From Malacoraja senta (Eukaryota): a DNA stretch of 64,000 nucleotides. A model generated the notes under the pieces. That model saw nothing but the letters and a program-made list of their open reading frames with translations. It ran no database searches and was not told the origin of the DNA. The stretch lies in the NCBI GenBank assembly GCA_038087875.1, contig CM075988.1, positions 20,896,001 to 20,960,000 on the forward strand, written 5' to 3'. Position 1 is the first letter of the stretch. Each line of letters starts with the position of its first letter. Below are positions 24,015 through 36,948 of the stretch, one piece after another. The position numbers and the translations under genes were made by a program.

Positions 24015-24705
24015 CAATGAACCATTGTGGGCTCCATATTTCCTTGATCATCGTTGTATTTTTGCATATCTTTCATTCATTTGCCTTATGTACCTTCTTT
24101 ATCTCTCGGTTCCCATTTCCCCTAACTCTCAGTCTGAAGAAGGGTCTCCACCCAAAACATCACCTATTCCTTTTCTCCAGAGATGCTGCCTGACCTGCGG
24201 AGTTATTCCAGCATTTTGTTTCTATCTTTGGTGTAAACCGGCTTCTGCAGTTCCTTCCCACAGGTTTGTAGGTTAATTGGCTGCTGTTAAATTGTAAATT
24301 GTCCCTAGTGTGTAGGATAGTGTACAGAATGATCGCTGATTGGCGTGGACTTGGTGGGCCAAAGGGTGTGTTTCTCTGAAGAGAAACCAAAGGCCCTGTA
24401 TCTCTCAAGTAAAGTAATGTTTAAAGATCAGATTTTAAATAAGAAGGATTTGATTTATTTTATATAAGGAACAGTTTTATGAAGTTTAAAGAGGTGGTTT
24501 GTGATTAATTTTACTTTTACCTGTGAATGCAAATGACAAAGTCTGAATCTTCTGAGACAGACAAAAATGCTGGAGAAACTCAGCGGAGTTTCCCGAAACG
24601 TCACCGATTCCTTTGCTCCATAGATGCTGCCTCACCCGCTGAGTTTCTCCAGCATTTTTGTCTACCTTTGATTTTTCCAGCATCTGCAGTTCTTTCTTAA
24701 ACACT
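24015..24705. mobile_element. PLE 3' UTR (+, 24015-24260), SINE tail (24259-24420) and PLE inverted pair (24559-24705)
   Basis: Consensus matches; AATCTTCT flanks the inverted pair on both sides. Confidence 0.7.
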
Positions 24706-24999
24706 TAATCTTCTAAAATGCAATTTGGAATATCACTGCTGTTCCATTTCATTCAGATAGTTTAAATGCTCCCATCTCACAAAGGATTATTGGGGGGATG
24801 CTCATATGAGTGCATTTTACAAATTACTGTGATGTCAAGTTATGGGGAGGGGAAGGAAGTGAAATGGAACATGAATTTGGACAAGGATCTTCTATGCTTC
24901 CATGTTGAATATCCCAAATCATTCCATGTCCAGGAAGATAATCTTGAAATTCATTTGCTGTTTATACATAGATGGACAACATCCAATCTTAAGATCAGC

Positions 25000-26270
25000 A
25001 ATTACAGATGCTGGTTTACACCAAAGATACACATCAAATGCTGGAGTAACTCAGCGGGTCAGGCAGCATCTCTGGAGAAAAAAGGAATAGGTGATATTTC
25101 GGGTTGAGACCCTTCTTCAGACACTGAAGGCAACCTGCAAACCTGTACGTCTTTGAAGTGTGGAAGGAAACCGGAGCTGTCAGAGAAAACCCATGCGGTC
25201 ACAGGGAGAACGTACAAACTCCGTATAGACAGCATCCATAGTCAGGATCGAACCTGGGTCTCTGGCGCCGTAAGGCAGCAACTCTACTGCTGCGCCACCA
25301 TGACGCACTTTCAATTAAATGAAAAAAACTATCTTAAAACTACCTTTACCAGAATGCTGCCCGGATTAGAGGGTTTCAGCTACAGGGAGAGGTTGGGTGC
25401 TTGGAGTGTTTTCTCTAGAAAGTCGGAGCTTGAGCACAGACTTGATAGGTGTATAAAATTAGGAGAGGCATAGAAAGGGTAGACAGATTGGAAATGTCCA
25501 ACACTAGAGGGCGTACATGCAAAGTGAGATGGGGAAAACTTAATGCAGATGCGGGGGAAAGTTTTTTTGCACAGAGGGTGGTGGGGGCCTGGAACGCATC
25601 TATAGGGGTGGTGGTGGAGGCAGATATGACAGTGGCAATAAGAGGCTGATAAATAGGTACATGGAAGTGCAGGGAATGGAGGGATAAGGATCGTGTGCAG
25701 AGAGATGAGATCAGTTCAACTTGGCATCAAACATTGCGGGCTGAAGGGCCCGTTCCTGTGCTGTACTGTTCTATGTTCCTTGCCAAAGTATTAAACAGCA
25801 GGAAGACATCAAGTGAAGGCAAATGCAGTCCAAATGTGATATCTTATATAACTTCTCTCTCCGGACATCTGGTTTGTTTCGAACCCAAAGGAGAGGCATA
25901 CACATCTGTATTTAAACACAATCTTCAAAAATTGAAAAGCAAAATAGTCTGGATCCCAGAAATGTAAAATAAACGGGGAGAATGTTGGAAAAAGGTCAGG
26001 GGGGACAGATTTACTAGGAACCTGAGGGGTAACGTTTTCACGCAAAGGGTGGTGGGTATATGGAACCAGCTGCCAGAGGAGGTAGTTGAGGCAGGGACTA
26101 TCGCAAAGTTTAAGAAATGTTTAGATAGGTACATGGATTGGATAGGTGTAGAGGGATATGGGCCATACGCAGGCAGGTGGGACTATTGTAGATGGGATAT
26201 GTTGGCCGGTGTGAGCAAGTTGGGTCGAAGGGGCGGTTTCCATGCTGTAAGACTCTATGACGATGACTTT
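25000..26270. mobile_element. PLE tail (-), SINE head (-) and two old CR1 3' fragments (+; about 25345-25780 and 25995-26270)
   Basis: FTRMLPGLEGFSYRERL, QRVVGAWN and VGIWNQLPEEVVEAG remnants. Confidence 0.7.
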
Positions 26271-27036
26271 ATTTAGATGGAAGAGATTTCTACCGTTCTG
26301 ACCAGATAGTTTAGAGGCAGTGGTGAGATGGAGAGTGGCGGAACCAAGTATCCTTCATACACATGTGGGTGTTACAGAAGCTTGAAAGCACACACCTCCA
26401 GACTCTGGAACAGCTTCTTCCCCTCAGTTACCAGGCTTCTGAACGGTCCTTCCATAAGCTCGGGTACTGTCCGATTTGGACTTTGTCCCTGGAACTGATG
26501 CAAAGTTGCTGAGAACTATATTCTCCATTCTGTATCTTCCCCTTTGCTCTACCTATTGGACTTGAACGTGACATGATTGTATTTATGTACAACATTGCCT
26601 GACCTATTTGGTTAGCATACAAAACAAAGCTTTTCACTGTACCTCAGTATACATTAAAATAATGAGCCTAAAAAAAACTAAAACCTGCCAAAGAACAGAC
26701 CTGCTGATGAGAAATATTCAGGGACAGGATAGGTCCCAGAGGGGATCAGTCTGAAGAAGGGTCCCAACCCAAAACGCCACCTATCCATGTTCTCCAGAGA
26801 TGCTGCCTGACCCGCTGAGTTACTCCAGCACTTGGTGTCTTTTTGGATGGAAGTGGAGACATTCTTTGTTAATTCTCCAGCTGATTGAACAGCTGGGAAT
26901 AGAGAGAGGCAGGGAAGGCTGTAACTGGTGGTGAAGTGACAATGGAGGGGGAAGATCTGGCCAACTGTGTCAAAGGCTGTAGGCAGATCTAGTTAAACAG
27001 TGAAAGGAATGTCAGCCCTTGTGCAACTGCAGGGAA

Positions 27037-27378
27037 TACAGGTCCACCGCCGATTTTCCAGCAACTGGTGGTTCGGCACCTCCTTTAATCTGGACAAAAT
27101 TCCAAGAGCACACTTGGAATACCCACTGGGCGAGGCGGCCGATCCCGACCTCATCGGGACTTCCGTGCTGATCAGCGGGTCGAATTTGCCCCCCTGCTGC
27201 CGAGGCTCTGGAACTCCAGCCCGGCCAGAGCCAGCAGATCCGTTCCCATAGCCGACTGCCGTTGCCCACTTTGCTAGTAGTATCTCGCCCCCCCCCCCCC
27301 CCCCGAGGCCGTGACCTCAGTTGGTCCGGCAAAATGGATAATGCGGCAAGGGTGCCAGAAAATCGATGGTGGACGCCT
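27037..27378. mobile_element. Putative TcMar/Tigger-like MITE
   Basis: Left TA|CAGGTCCACCGCCGATTTTCCAGCAAC matches imperfectly the reverse complement of GGTGCCAGAAAATCGATGGTGGAC (about 27351-27374); CpG-rich interior with a poly-C run; right TSD not clear. Confidence 0.5.
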
Positions 27379-27794
27379 TGACTTTGATCGGAGACAATTT
27401 GGTATTGTGGAAGGAATAGCAACATGAGTGGAGAAATTTAGAAGAGGCGTTCCGTCTGAGATAGAGATCTCCCTTGATGTCTTTGACAATTTAACACTCG
27501 GAGAAGATATGTCAGTCGGCAACTCTTACAGTGGTTTAGATTGTGAAATGCAGGAGAGGTAATTATACTGCTAAATAACTTCAATTATTTCTTGTTCACC
27601 ATTAACAAAAGACTCTTGTCTTGTTGCTGCCTTGTCTTGTTACAGCTTTGTTCCATCTACGTGATTCACAGAGTGCCTTACCTCACCAGTGTTTGAAATA
27701 AGCTTCAGTAAACACAGACTGCAATTTGGGCACCGGGATGTAAAGGCTTAGTCACAATTACCCTTCTTTCCATACCAGTCCAACCCACACACAA

Positions 27795-28420
27795 CGCGCA
27801 GGAAGGAACTGCAGATGCTGGTTTACATCGAAGATACTCAAAAAACGCTGGAGGTAATTCAGTGGGTCAGGCAGCATCTCTGGAGAAAAAAAGGGAGAAC
27901 GGAGGTTTTTTCACCCAGAGAGTTGTGAATCTGTGGCATTTTTCATCCAGAGAGTTGTGAATCTGTGGAATTCTCTGCCACATAAGGCTAATTCACTGGA
28001 TGCTTTCAAGAGCGAGTTAGATATAGCTCTTAGGGCTAACGGAATCAAGGGATATGGGAAGAAAGCAGGAACGGGGGGATACTGATTTCGGATGATCAGC
28101 CATGATCATATTGAATATTGATGCTGGTTCGAAGGGTCGAAGGGCCTACTCCTGCACCTATTTTCAATGTTTCTATGTTTCTGACGTTGATGCCGTTTTG
28201 GGTCGAGACCCTTCTTCAGACTGAGATTCAGGGAGGAGGGAAACTAGAGGTATGGAAAGGTGCAGAACAAATCAGAGCCGGCACCAATTACTGAAGAGCC
28301 CACAATGGTCCATTGTTGGCTGTGGAGGAGGTGATAACGAGGGGATACGAACAGTAAAACTAGCAGGATGACTAGGGTGAGAGAGGGATGGAGAGATAAG
28401 AAATGCAAGGGTTACTTGAT
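27795..28420 (-). mobile_element. PLE 3' region interrupted by a CR1 tail (+, about 27895-28181)
   Basis: PLE consensus stops at 27890 and resumes at about 28185. Confidence 0.7.
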
Positions 28421-28904
28421 AGCTAGAGTATATGAAAATGTTCTACATCCTTTAAAATCCTTCCATTGAATCCAGGTGCCTTATTGCCTCAGTCCCATTT
28501 GTTTTTTGTTAATGTTCTACCCCAGGGCAGAAAAGTCTAAAACTGCAGGGCACAGATATAAGGTACGAGGGGATAGAATTAAAAGGTCCCTCAGGGGCCA
28601 ACAGGAGGTGGTGCGTTATATGGAATGAGCTGCCAGAAGAAGTGGTGGAGTCAGGTACAATTATGACATTTGAAAGATACGGGGACAGCTACATGGATGG
28701 GAAAGGTTGAGGGACAGACGTAAGCAAGTGGGATGTATACCTCCAGATTCTGGAACATTTTCTTCCCAGCTGTTATCAGGCAAGTGAATGATCCTCTCAT
28801 CAGCTAGCGTGCGGTCCTGACCTCCCATTTATCTCATTGGAGATCTATGAACCATCTTTAATTGGACTTTATCCAGACTTTTATGTTAAATCTTGCACTA
28901 AATT

Positions 28905-29228
28905 CCGATGTTGGGGGAGTCCAGAACCAGGGGCCACAGTTTAAGAATAAGGAGTAAGCCATTTAGAACGGAGATGAGGAAACACTTTTTCTCACAGAGA
29001 TTGGTGAGTCTGTGGAATTCTCTGCCTCAGAGGGTGGTGGAGGCAGGTTCTCTGGATGCTTTCAAGAGAGAGCTAGATAGAGCTCTTAAAGATAGCGGAG
29101 TCAGGGGATATGGGTAGAAGGCAGGAACGGGGTACTGATTGGGGATGATCAGCCATAATCACATTGAATGGCGGTGCTGGCTCGAAGGGCCGAATGGCCT
29201 ACTCCTGCACCTAGTGTCTATTGTCTAA
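28905..29228 (+). mobile_element. CR1/HER1 3' end nested in a Rex1-like tail
   Basis: ORF 28908-29117 SRTRGHSL..LWNSLP; CTAAAT at both junctions. Confidence 0.85.
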
Positions 29229-29527
29229 ATGTTGCACCCATTATCCTTTATCTGTGCACTTTGGACGGCGTATTCATGGATAGTTCTTTCCTTGACGAGA
29301 TAGCATGCAAACAAAAGCTATTCACCGTACCTCGGTACACATGACAATAATAAACTAAACTAAAGCTGGGGTAGGCATTTTGGTCGGCCGACACTAATTG
29401 AGTCAAAGGGTCTGTTTCCGTGCTGTACAGATCAATGACACTTTGCCTCTGTTATTCTGAATCTGTATCTGACAGCTTATTCCATGAGAAACAGAGCAGC
29501 TGCAAGAGGAAGAGAAACTGAGAGGAT

Positions 29528-29950
29528 ATAAGTTCATAAGTGATAGGAGCAGAATTAGGCCATTCGGTAATTAAGCCTACTCCGCCATTCGATCATGGCT
29601 GATCTATCTTGCCCTCTTAACCCCATTCTCCTGCCTTCTCCCCGTAACCCCTGACACCCGTACTAATCAAGAATATATCTATCTCTGCCTTAAAAATATC
29701 CATTGACGGCTTCCACAGCCTTCTGTGGCAATGACTTCCACAGATTCACCACCCTCTGACTAAAGAAATTGCCCCGCCTCCCCTTCCTAAAGGAACGCCC
29801 TTTCATTCTGGGGCTGTGCCCTCTGGTCTTAGACGGTCCCACTAGTGGAAACATCCTCTCCACACCCACTCTATCAAAGCCTTTCATTATTCGGTACGTT
29901 ACAATGAGGTTCCCCCTCATCCTTCTAAACTCCAGCAAGTACAGGCCCAG
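29528..29950 (-). mobile_element. CR1/HER1 3' end
   Basis: ORF 29690-29956(-) LGLYLLEFRRMRG..QRVVNLW. Confidence 0.85.
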
Positions 29951-30420
29951 TGGCAACAGATGCGTATGACAGTGTCAAAGAGTTCTAGTGAAGCGTAAAC
30001 TGGATTTTGTTTTCTTGCCCTTCCTCAGGGGGAGACAGTATATGTTGAGCCTCAATGCAACCAGCCGCACATGGAAAACCGAAGTACAGCTGTTGGGCCA
30101 AGAAACCTACCTCCCACGTCGCAATGTGTTGGGAATATAAGATGAACCTAGAGATCTCTGCAGAAGGCCATCCCGTACAGAAGGTGCCATTGTTTGAAAG
30201 GAAACAATATGGACAGCAGACCACTCCTGAAGGAAAGCAATCGTTTCTTCTGACTTCCCTTCCATTAATAGTTCAGGAATGAGAAGAGAAGCCCACACAG
30301 GAAATCTCCGTGGGAAGAGACACTTGACCCACTATTATTTCTGGTAACTGGAAGAGTTTTCCGTTGTTACTCACACCAGAGGCACCAGCAATGGGGTGGA
30401 GAGAGTTGCACAGAGCAGTC

Positions 30421-30735
30421 ATTTAGTTTGGTTCAGAGATACAGCGCGGAAACGGACCCTTCGGCCCTCCGAGTCCGCACCGACCAGCGATCCCCGCACA
30501 TTAACACTACCGTACACACACGAGGGACAATTTACACTTATACCAAGCCAATTAACCTTAAAACCGGTACGTCTTTGGAGTGTGGGAGGAAACCGAAGAC
30601 CTCGGAGAAAAACGCACGCGGTCACAGGGAGAACGTACAAACTCCGTACAGACAGCACCCGTAGTCGGGATCGAACCCGGGTGTCCGGCACTGCAAGCGC
30701 TGTAAGGCAGCAATTCTACCGCTGCATCACCGTGT
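30421..30735 (-). mobile_element. HE1-type SINE, CpG-rich (young)
   Basis: Near-consensus copy. Confidence 0.85.
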
Positions 30736-32022
30736 GCGATAGATATTTAAGTCGGTTCACAGACTCGCCAGCCCCTGTCACGTCTTTGAAAGGTTAAAAG
30801 GCAAAGGAGGTGTAGGGGGTGGGCACAGAGAGTGGTGGGTACCTAGAACACACTACCAAGGGTGGTGGTGCAGGTAGATATGATAGTGGCGTTTAACAGG
30901 CTTTTAAATAGGCACATGAAAGTCCTGGACAAAGTCGATGTGGAGAGGATGTTTCCACTAGTGGGAGAGTCTAGGACCGGAAAGGACGTACCTTTGGAAA
31001 GGAGATGAGGAGGAATTTCCTTAGCCAGAGGGTGGTGAATCTGTGGAATTCATTGCCACAGACGCTGAGGAGGCCAGGTCATTGGTTATTTTTTAAAGTG
31101 GAGATTGACAGGTTCTTGATTCGTAAGTGTCAAAGGTTACGGGGAGAAGGCAGGAGACTGGGGTAGATAGGTCTGCCATGATCGAATGGTAGAGTAGACT
31201 CAATGGGCATAATGGCCTCATTCTGCTCCTATGACTTACTGCATGAACATATCAACACATGGATATGCAGGGAATGGCGGGATGTGGATCCACTATAAGA
31301 TTTTGATTTCCTATATGTTCAAGTGGATTAATTGCAGTCTTCCAATGTTAAGATCGGTTGTAATTTTACTGATTGAGGATGACAAAGAGTGGGTGGCATC
31401 ACTTGGAAAGCTGTACTCAGCTGGGTTCCATCTCGATCAGAAGACTGGGTGTAAGAGAAAGTATCATAGATATATCCTGAAGTATTTGAAATGTCCACAC
31501 ATCCCACAGATTTGTGTCCTGTCTGATGGCAATGACAATCCCGGAGTTTGGAGATGCCTTTTTGATTCTATCAACCCAGTTAACCCACAAAGTCGATCTA
31601 CGACTACACTTATGATCAGCAGGCTGCACTTCTCTGAAGTTCCTCCAGATATCAGAGAACAACAGTTCACCGCAAATGGACAAGATGCCCAATCACTAAC
31701 AGCCCAGTCCCTGACACCAACTCCTCCGGGTGGCTAAAATGGTTAACCACTCAACAAGCATGGAGCTAGCCTTCTCTGAGTGCGGAGTAATTGGCAGGGC
31801 TGTAGTCACCACAGGAATACTGCAGTCATTATGAGTCAACAAAAGTGGGCTGCGGTTGGACCAATGTACAAAATACTTCTGCGACCACTAACTCTGGAAA
31901 GTGTGACTAAAACCACTACAGAGAATCAACTTCAGTTGTCGGTTGTCCTCAACTTTGCTGCTCATCAAGGCCATTTATCAACACACTAGAAGTTGGGACC
32001 ATCTAGTGATGCTTGAATTCCT

Positions 32023-32495
32023 GTTTAGTTTTAGAGATACAGCATGGAGTCCGCGCCAACCAGCAACTAGTTCTATCTTAAACACACTAGGGATAATTTA
32101 TAACAGCCAATTAACCAACGAATCTGCACGTCTTTGGGATGTGGGAGGACACCGTAGCACCCGGAGCAAACACAAGTGGTCACAGGGCGAACGTACATAT
32201 GCCGTACAGAGAGTGCCCAAGGTCAGGATCGAACCCGAGTCTCTGGCGGTGTCAAGCGGCAACTCTATGGCTGCACCACCGTGCCGCCGCTTCAGAAAAG
32301 GAGTTTGTTTTCTACCGACCAGGGACCTGCCCCACACACAGTCCATTCCCTCTACAGACAGACACAAAATATTGGAGTAACTCAGCGGGACAGGCAGCAT
32401 CTCTGGAGAGAAGGAATGGGTGACGTTTCGGGTCGAGGCCCTTCTTCAGACGCTGCCTGATCCGTTGAGTTCCTCCAGCAGATTGCTCTTTGCTC
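32023..32495. mobile_element. HE1-type SINE (-, 32023-32287) and PLE tail pieces (32335-32495)
   Basis: Consensus matches. Confidence 0.75.
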
Positions 32496-33469
32496 AAAGA
32501 GCAAAGGGGAAAATGACGATGTTCAGGTGAAAATTTAGGTTAGTTGTTGCGATGAGATACCGTAAGTAGCAATAAAAGATTTCAGCAAGTTCCCACAAAT
32601 TGGCCTTTGAACCTTGAGAGGTGACAGTGTCGCTCGAGAGAATGGTGACCAATGCAGAAACAGGGGAGAATGTGCACTGCACACACCTCCCTCGGGATCA
32701 AGCCAATCAGATAGCATGGGATCCGATGGGCTGAATATCCTCATACTGCAGAGGGCTCTCTCACGATCAGATCTACGACGCAGCAGGGATACGATGGGCA
32801 GATACGATGGCCCCCCTTCTGCTCTGTAAATGGCCACGAGTTACGTTTGCTGCAGAAGGAAAGCTGTCTGTGGCACCTGCAGTTCCCCGCCTATACGCAA
32901 CGCAATTTCATGTTCGGAATATCCCCAGAGACCGCTCAGTCTGCTGCTTCAGATGTTGTGGGGAGAGAATGCCAAGTTGTGAGGAATGTACTTGGCTACC
33001 TTGGAGAAAGATCACGTGAGTGAGATTCGGAGGGATCATCCCTGCACAGTACTCTCACTGCAGCCAGCGTCTACAGTTGTCACGTACAACATTATGAATA
33101 CCTGCTAAATATGTTTTGCTACATCACAATGGTTATCTTTTAGATTAAAAATCAAGGTGCAGGCTGCATCTATGGGAGGAACGGACAGATGACGTTTAGG
33201 GTCAGGACCTTTCTTCAGACTTTACTCCTCCAGCAGTTTGTTCTATTTCCTCAAGATTCCAGCATCTGCAGTTTCTTGTGTCTCAATCGTTTTGGAGTCA
33301 TAGAGTCATACAGCTTGGAATCAGGCCCTTCGGCCCACCTCGCCTACAACGACCAACATGCCCCATCTACACAAGTCCCACCTGCCCACACTTGACCCAC
33401 TTCCCTCTAAACCCATCCTATCCATCAATGTCTGATACAACTGCAAAACGGCCTCCCAACTTCTATGCT

Positions 33470-34100
33470 CAATAGACAATAGGTGCAGGAGTAGGCCATT
33501 TGGCCCTTCGAGCCAGCACCGCCATTCAATGTGATCATGGCTGATCATCCCCAATCAGTACCCCGTTCCTGCCTTCTCCCCATATCCCCTGACCGCTATT
33601 TTTAAGAGCCCTATCTAGCTCTCTCTCTTGAAAGCATCCAGAGAACCTGCCTCCACCGCCCTCTGAGGCAGAGAATTCCACAGACTCACCACTCTCTGTG
33701 AGAAAAAGTGTTTCCTCGTCTCCGTTCTAAATGGCTTAACTCCTTATTCTTAAAATGTGGCCCCTGGTTCTGGACTCCCCCAACATCGGGAACATGTTTC
33801 CTGCCTCTAGTGTGTCCAAGCCCTTAACAATCTTATATGTTTCAATGAGATCTCCTCTCATCCTTCTAATGCGCATTACAATCTTACAGAGTGTACAAGC
33901 CCAGCCGCTCCATTCTCTCAGCATATGACAGTCCCGCCATCCCAGGAATTAACCTTGTAAACCTACGCTGCACTCCCTCAATAGCAAGAATGTCCTTCCT
34001 CAAATCAGGGGACCAAAACTGCACACAATACTCCAGGTGTGGTCTCACTAGGGCTCTGTACAACTGCAGAAGGACCTCTTTGCTCCTATATTCGATTCCT
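33470..34100 (-). mobile_element. 5'-truncated CR1/HER1 LINE
   Basis: Reverse strand encodes [13 protein letters not shown] and RRMRGDLIETYK..TRGH; 3' UTR hairpin present. Confidence 0.9.
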
Positions 34101-34814
34101 CTATATTCGATTCAACTTCTAAACACTTGACCAACTAAGACGGACTTTTAGTATTACCGTAGACAATATCCCGCTGATAAACAGCCTTCCCCAGACTGTG
34201 AAACAGGAGAGTTGTCCCATTATCAGTTCTAAAGACTGTCGATCCGCACATCTTGTATGCTTCAGTACAGCTGTGGGATGTGAGGCTCCACTGGGGAGTT
34301 TAGGGCCAGCAGATGAAAATGTTCCAAAATGGTTTCATGGGGAAGATATGCAGAGTTAGTCATCAGGATTAAGTTGTAAATTCAGAGTCACTTCAACAAT
34401 TCGCTCCCAGGTCATTCTTCTGCTGAGCAGATGCTGCTTGGGTTATGTTCATGATGTGACGAACCCACACCAAATGGGGAAATGATTATTCCGAGCCAGA
34501 TAGGAAAGTCTGTAGGAAGATCGCTGCAGGTTTGGAGCGAGCTGTTGGAAACAGTTCCCTTCTTGAGATGTTCACAGATGGGAGAGATACGGGGACGGGT
34601 CTCAGCGGGACAAGACTTATTCCTTTCCAGACACGATCTGAAACATAACCATGACTGTCCGGTGGAACATTGTCATGGCTATTCAATGGAACATTAATCC
34701 CTTGTGATGTTTTTAATGCTCATTACAATCTTACAGGGATAATTTTCCCCTCCTTTTTTTTATACACCTTGGCCTCCTTCGATCGAAGGAATAAGGTCCT
34801 AGCCTGTCCATCCT

Positions 34815-35980
34815 CATGAGTCATACAGCATGGAAACAACATCCCTTCAGCCCTCCGTTCCCTTGCCGACTGAGATGACCCATCCACACCAGTCTCTCCT
34901 GCCCGTGTTTGGCCCAAAACCCTCTAAACGTTTCCTATCAATGTACAGTACCTGTCCATTAGTCTTTTAACTGCTTTTACATTACCTGCCTCAACAACCT
35001 CCTCTGGCAGCTTGTTCCATATCCCCACCAACCTCTGTGTGAAAAAGTCTCAATCTTTCCCCTCTCACTTTAACCTTGTGCCTTCTGGTTCTTGATTCCC
35101 CTACTTTAGGTAAAACAACTGTGTACATTCACCTAATTCTATTCCCCTCATGATTCTATACACCCACCCTGTAGCTGAGACTCCCGACACCTGGCAACAT
35201 CCTCAAGTCTCCTCTGCACTCTTTACAATTAAATGGGATCTTTGCTACAACAGGGTGACCAAAACTGAGCACAATACTCTCTGTGGGGCCACACCAACTT
35301 CCTGCACCATAACCGTACCATAACGTACCAACTTCTACACTGAATTCTCTGAGTTTGTCTGTTGCAAAAGGAAGAAGTTGAAATTCTGCTTGATTCTGAC
35401 GAAAGTGGAAGCTGATGCGGTCTCGGGCACAACCCATTGTAGCCGGGCAGTGAGGCGAGTAGTCCTGTGGTTTTTGTTCAGCGTGATGGAGAAGCATGAT
35501 GTTCCGTCTCTACTGCTGCAATAGCAGTGGGGACGGTGCCAAGATATCACCACAAAACCCAACTCAAACTTCACCAAAGGTGGCAGGGCCGACTGACAAA
35601 ACGACTGATTTTTTTTCAGGAGACCTTTGCAATTTCTTGGGCAGAAACATTTGGATTTACGAACATGGAGCATAGAACGGTACAGTACAGGAACAGGCCC
35701 TTCAGCCCACAATGTTTGTGCTGAACGTGATGCCAAGTTAAACTGATCTCATCTTCCTGCACATGATCCATATCCCTCTATTCCCTGCACTTCCATGGCC
35801 CACCTAAATGCCTATTAAGCACTACTATGGTATCTGCCTCCACCACCTTATAGCTATGCCCCCTATTGTTGGTCATTACCACTTGGGGAAAAAGACTCTG
35901 ACTCTCTACCCTATCTATGCCTCTCATAATTTTATATACTTCTATCAAGTCTCCCCTCAATCTCTGACATTCCAGAGAAA
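34815..35980 (-). mobile_element. Two old CR1 3' fragments (about 34815-35340 and 35660-35980)
   Basis: EYCAQFWSP and RLRGDLIEVYKIMRGIDRV remnants. Confidence 0.7.
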
Positions 35981-35981
35981 A

Positions 35982-36948
35982 GGTTAGAGATCCAGCATGG
36001 AAACAGGCCCTTCGGCCCACTGAATCCAAGCCAACCTTCGGTCACCCATTCAAACTAGTTCAATGTTATCCCGTTTTCTCATCCACTGCCTACATACTAG
36101 AGACAATTTACAGAAGCCAATTAACCTACAAACCTGCACGTCTTTGGGATGTGGGAGGAAACCGGAGCACCCGGAGGAAACCCATGAGGTCGCAGGGAGA
36201 ACGTGCAAACTCCATGCAGACGTCACCTGAGGTCAGGATCGAACCTGGGTCTCTGGCGCTGTGAGGCAGCGGCTCTACCAGCAGCGCCACTGTGTCGCCA
36301 TCTCTGGGTTGTAGAGAGTCAAAAATCTGGCTCCTTTCTCGACCACAAACTCCTAGATCTGAAAGATTAAAAAATACTTTAATAACATTACAAAAACATC
36401 CATAATCTTAGAAAATTCAAAATATTAAAGAAGCATTTAATGCCTTCAAATACTTTCAATACCTTTGACTCTTTGAGTTATTAGGGACATCAAAAAAAGT
36501 TTTGAAATAGTTTTTTATAACATTTTTAAATCAACAGGTTATAATATTAAAACGCTGATCATCTGGCATCCCAGGACTTTTGCGCAAGCTGGCAGATTTT
36601 CTGGACTGTTGGAAATCACTCCTATTAATCTGCCAACAGATTTTTATCTCCCTGGTTTTTATGCAGTTGTATAATAAATTGGCCAGTGAAATTTTGTTCA
36701 GTTTAGTTTAGAGATACAGTGCGGAAACAGGCCCTTTGTCCCACAGCGTCTGCGCCGACCAGCGATCCCTGCACACTGGCACTATCCTACACACACTATG
36801 GATGATTTACAATTTACAGATGTCAATTAGCCTACAAACCTGTACGTCTTTGGATAGTGAGAGGAAACCAGAGCACCTGGGGAAAACCCACGCGGTCACA
36901 GGGAGAACGTACAAAGTCCACACAGACAGCACCCGTAGTCAGGATCAA
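35982..36948 (-). mobile_element. Two HE1-type SINEs (35982-36300 and 36694-36948)
   Basis: Reverse-complement consensus. Confidence 0.8.

Noticed and set aside
32535..33019. Overlapping short ORFs in unique sequence
   Set aside because: No recognisable domain or consistent splice sites.
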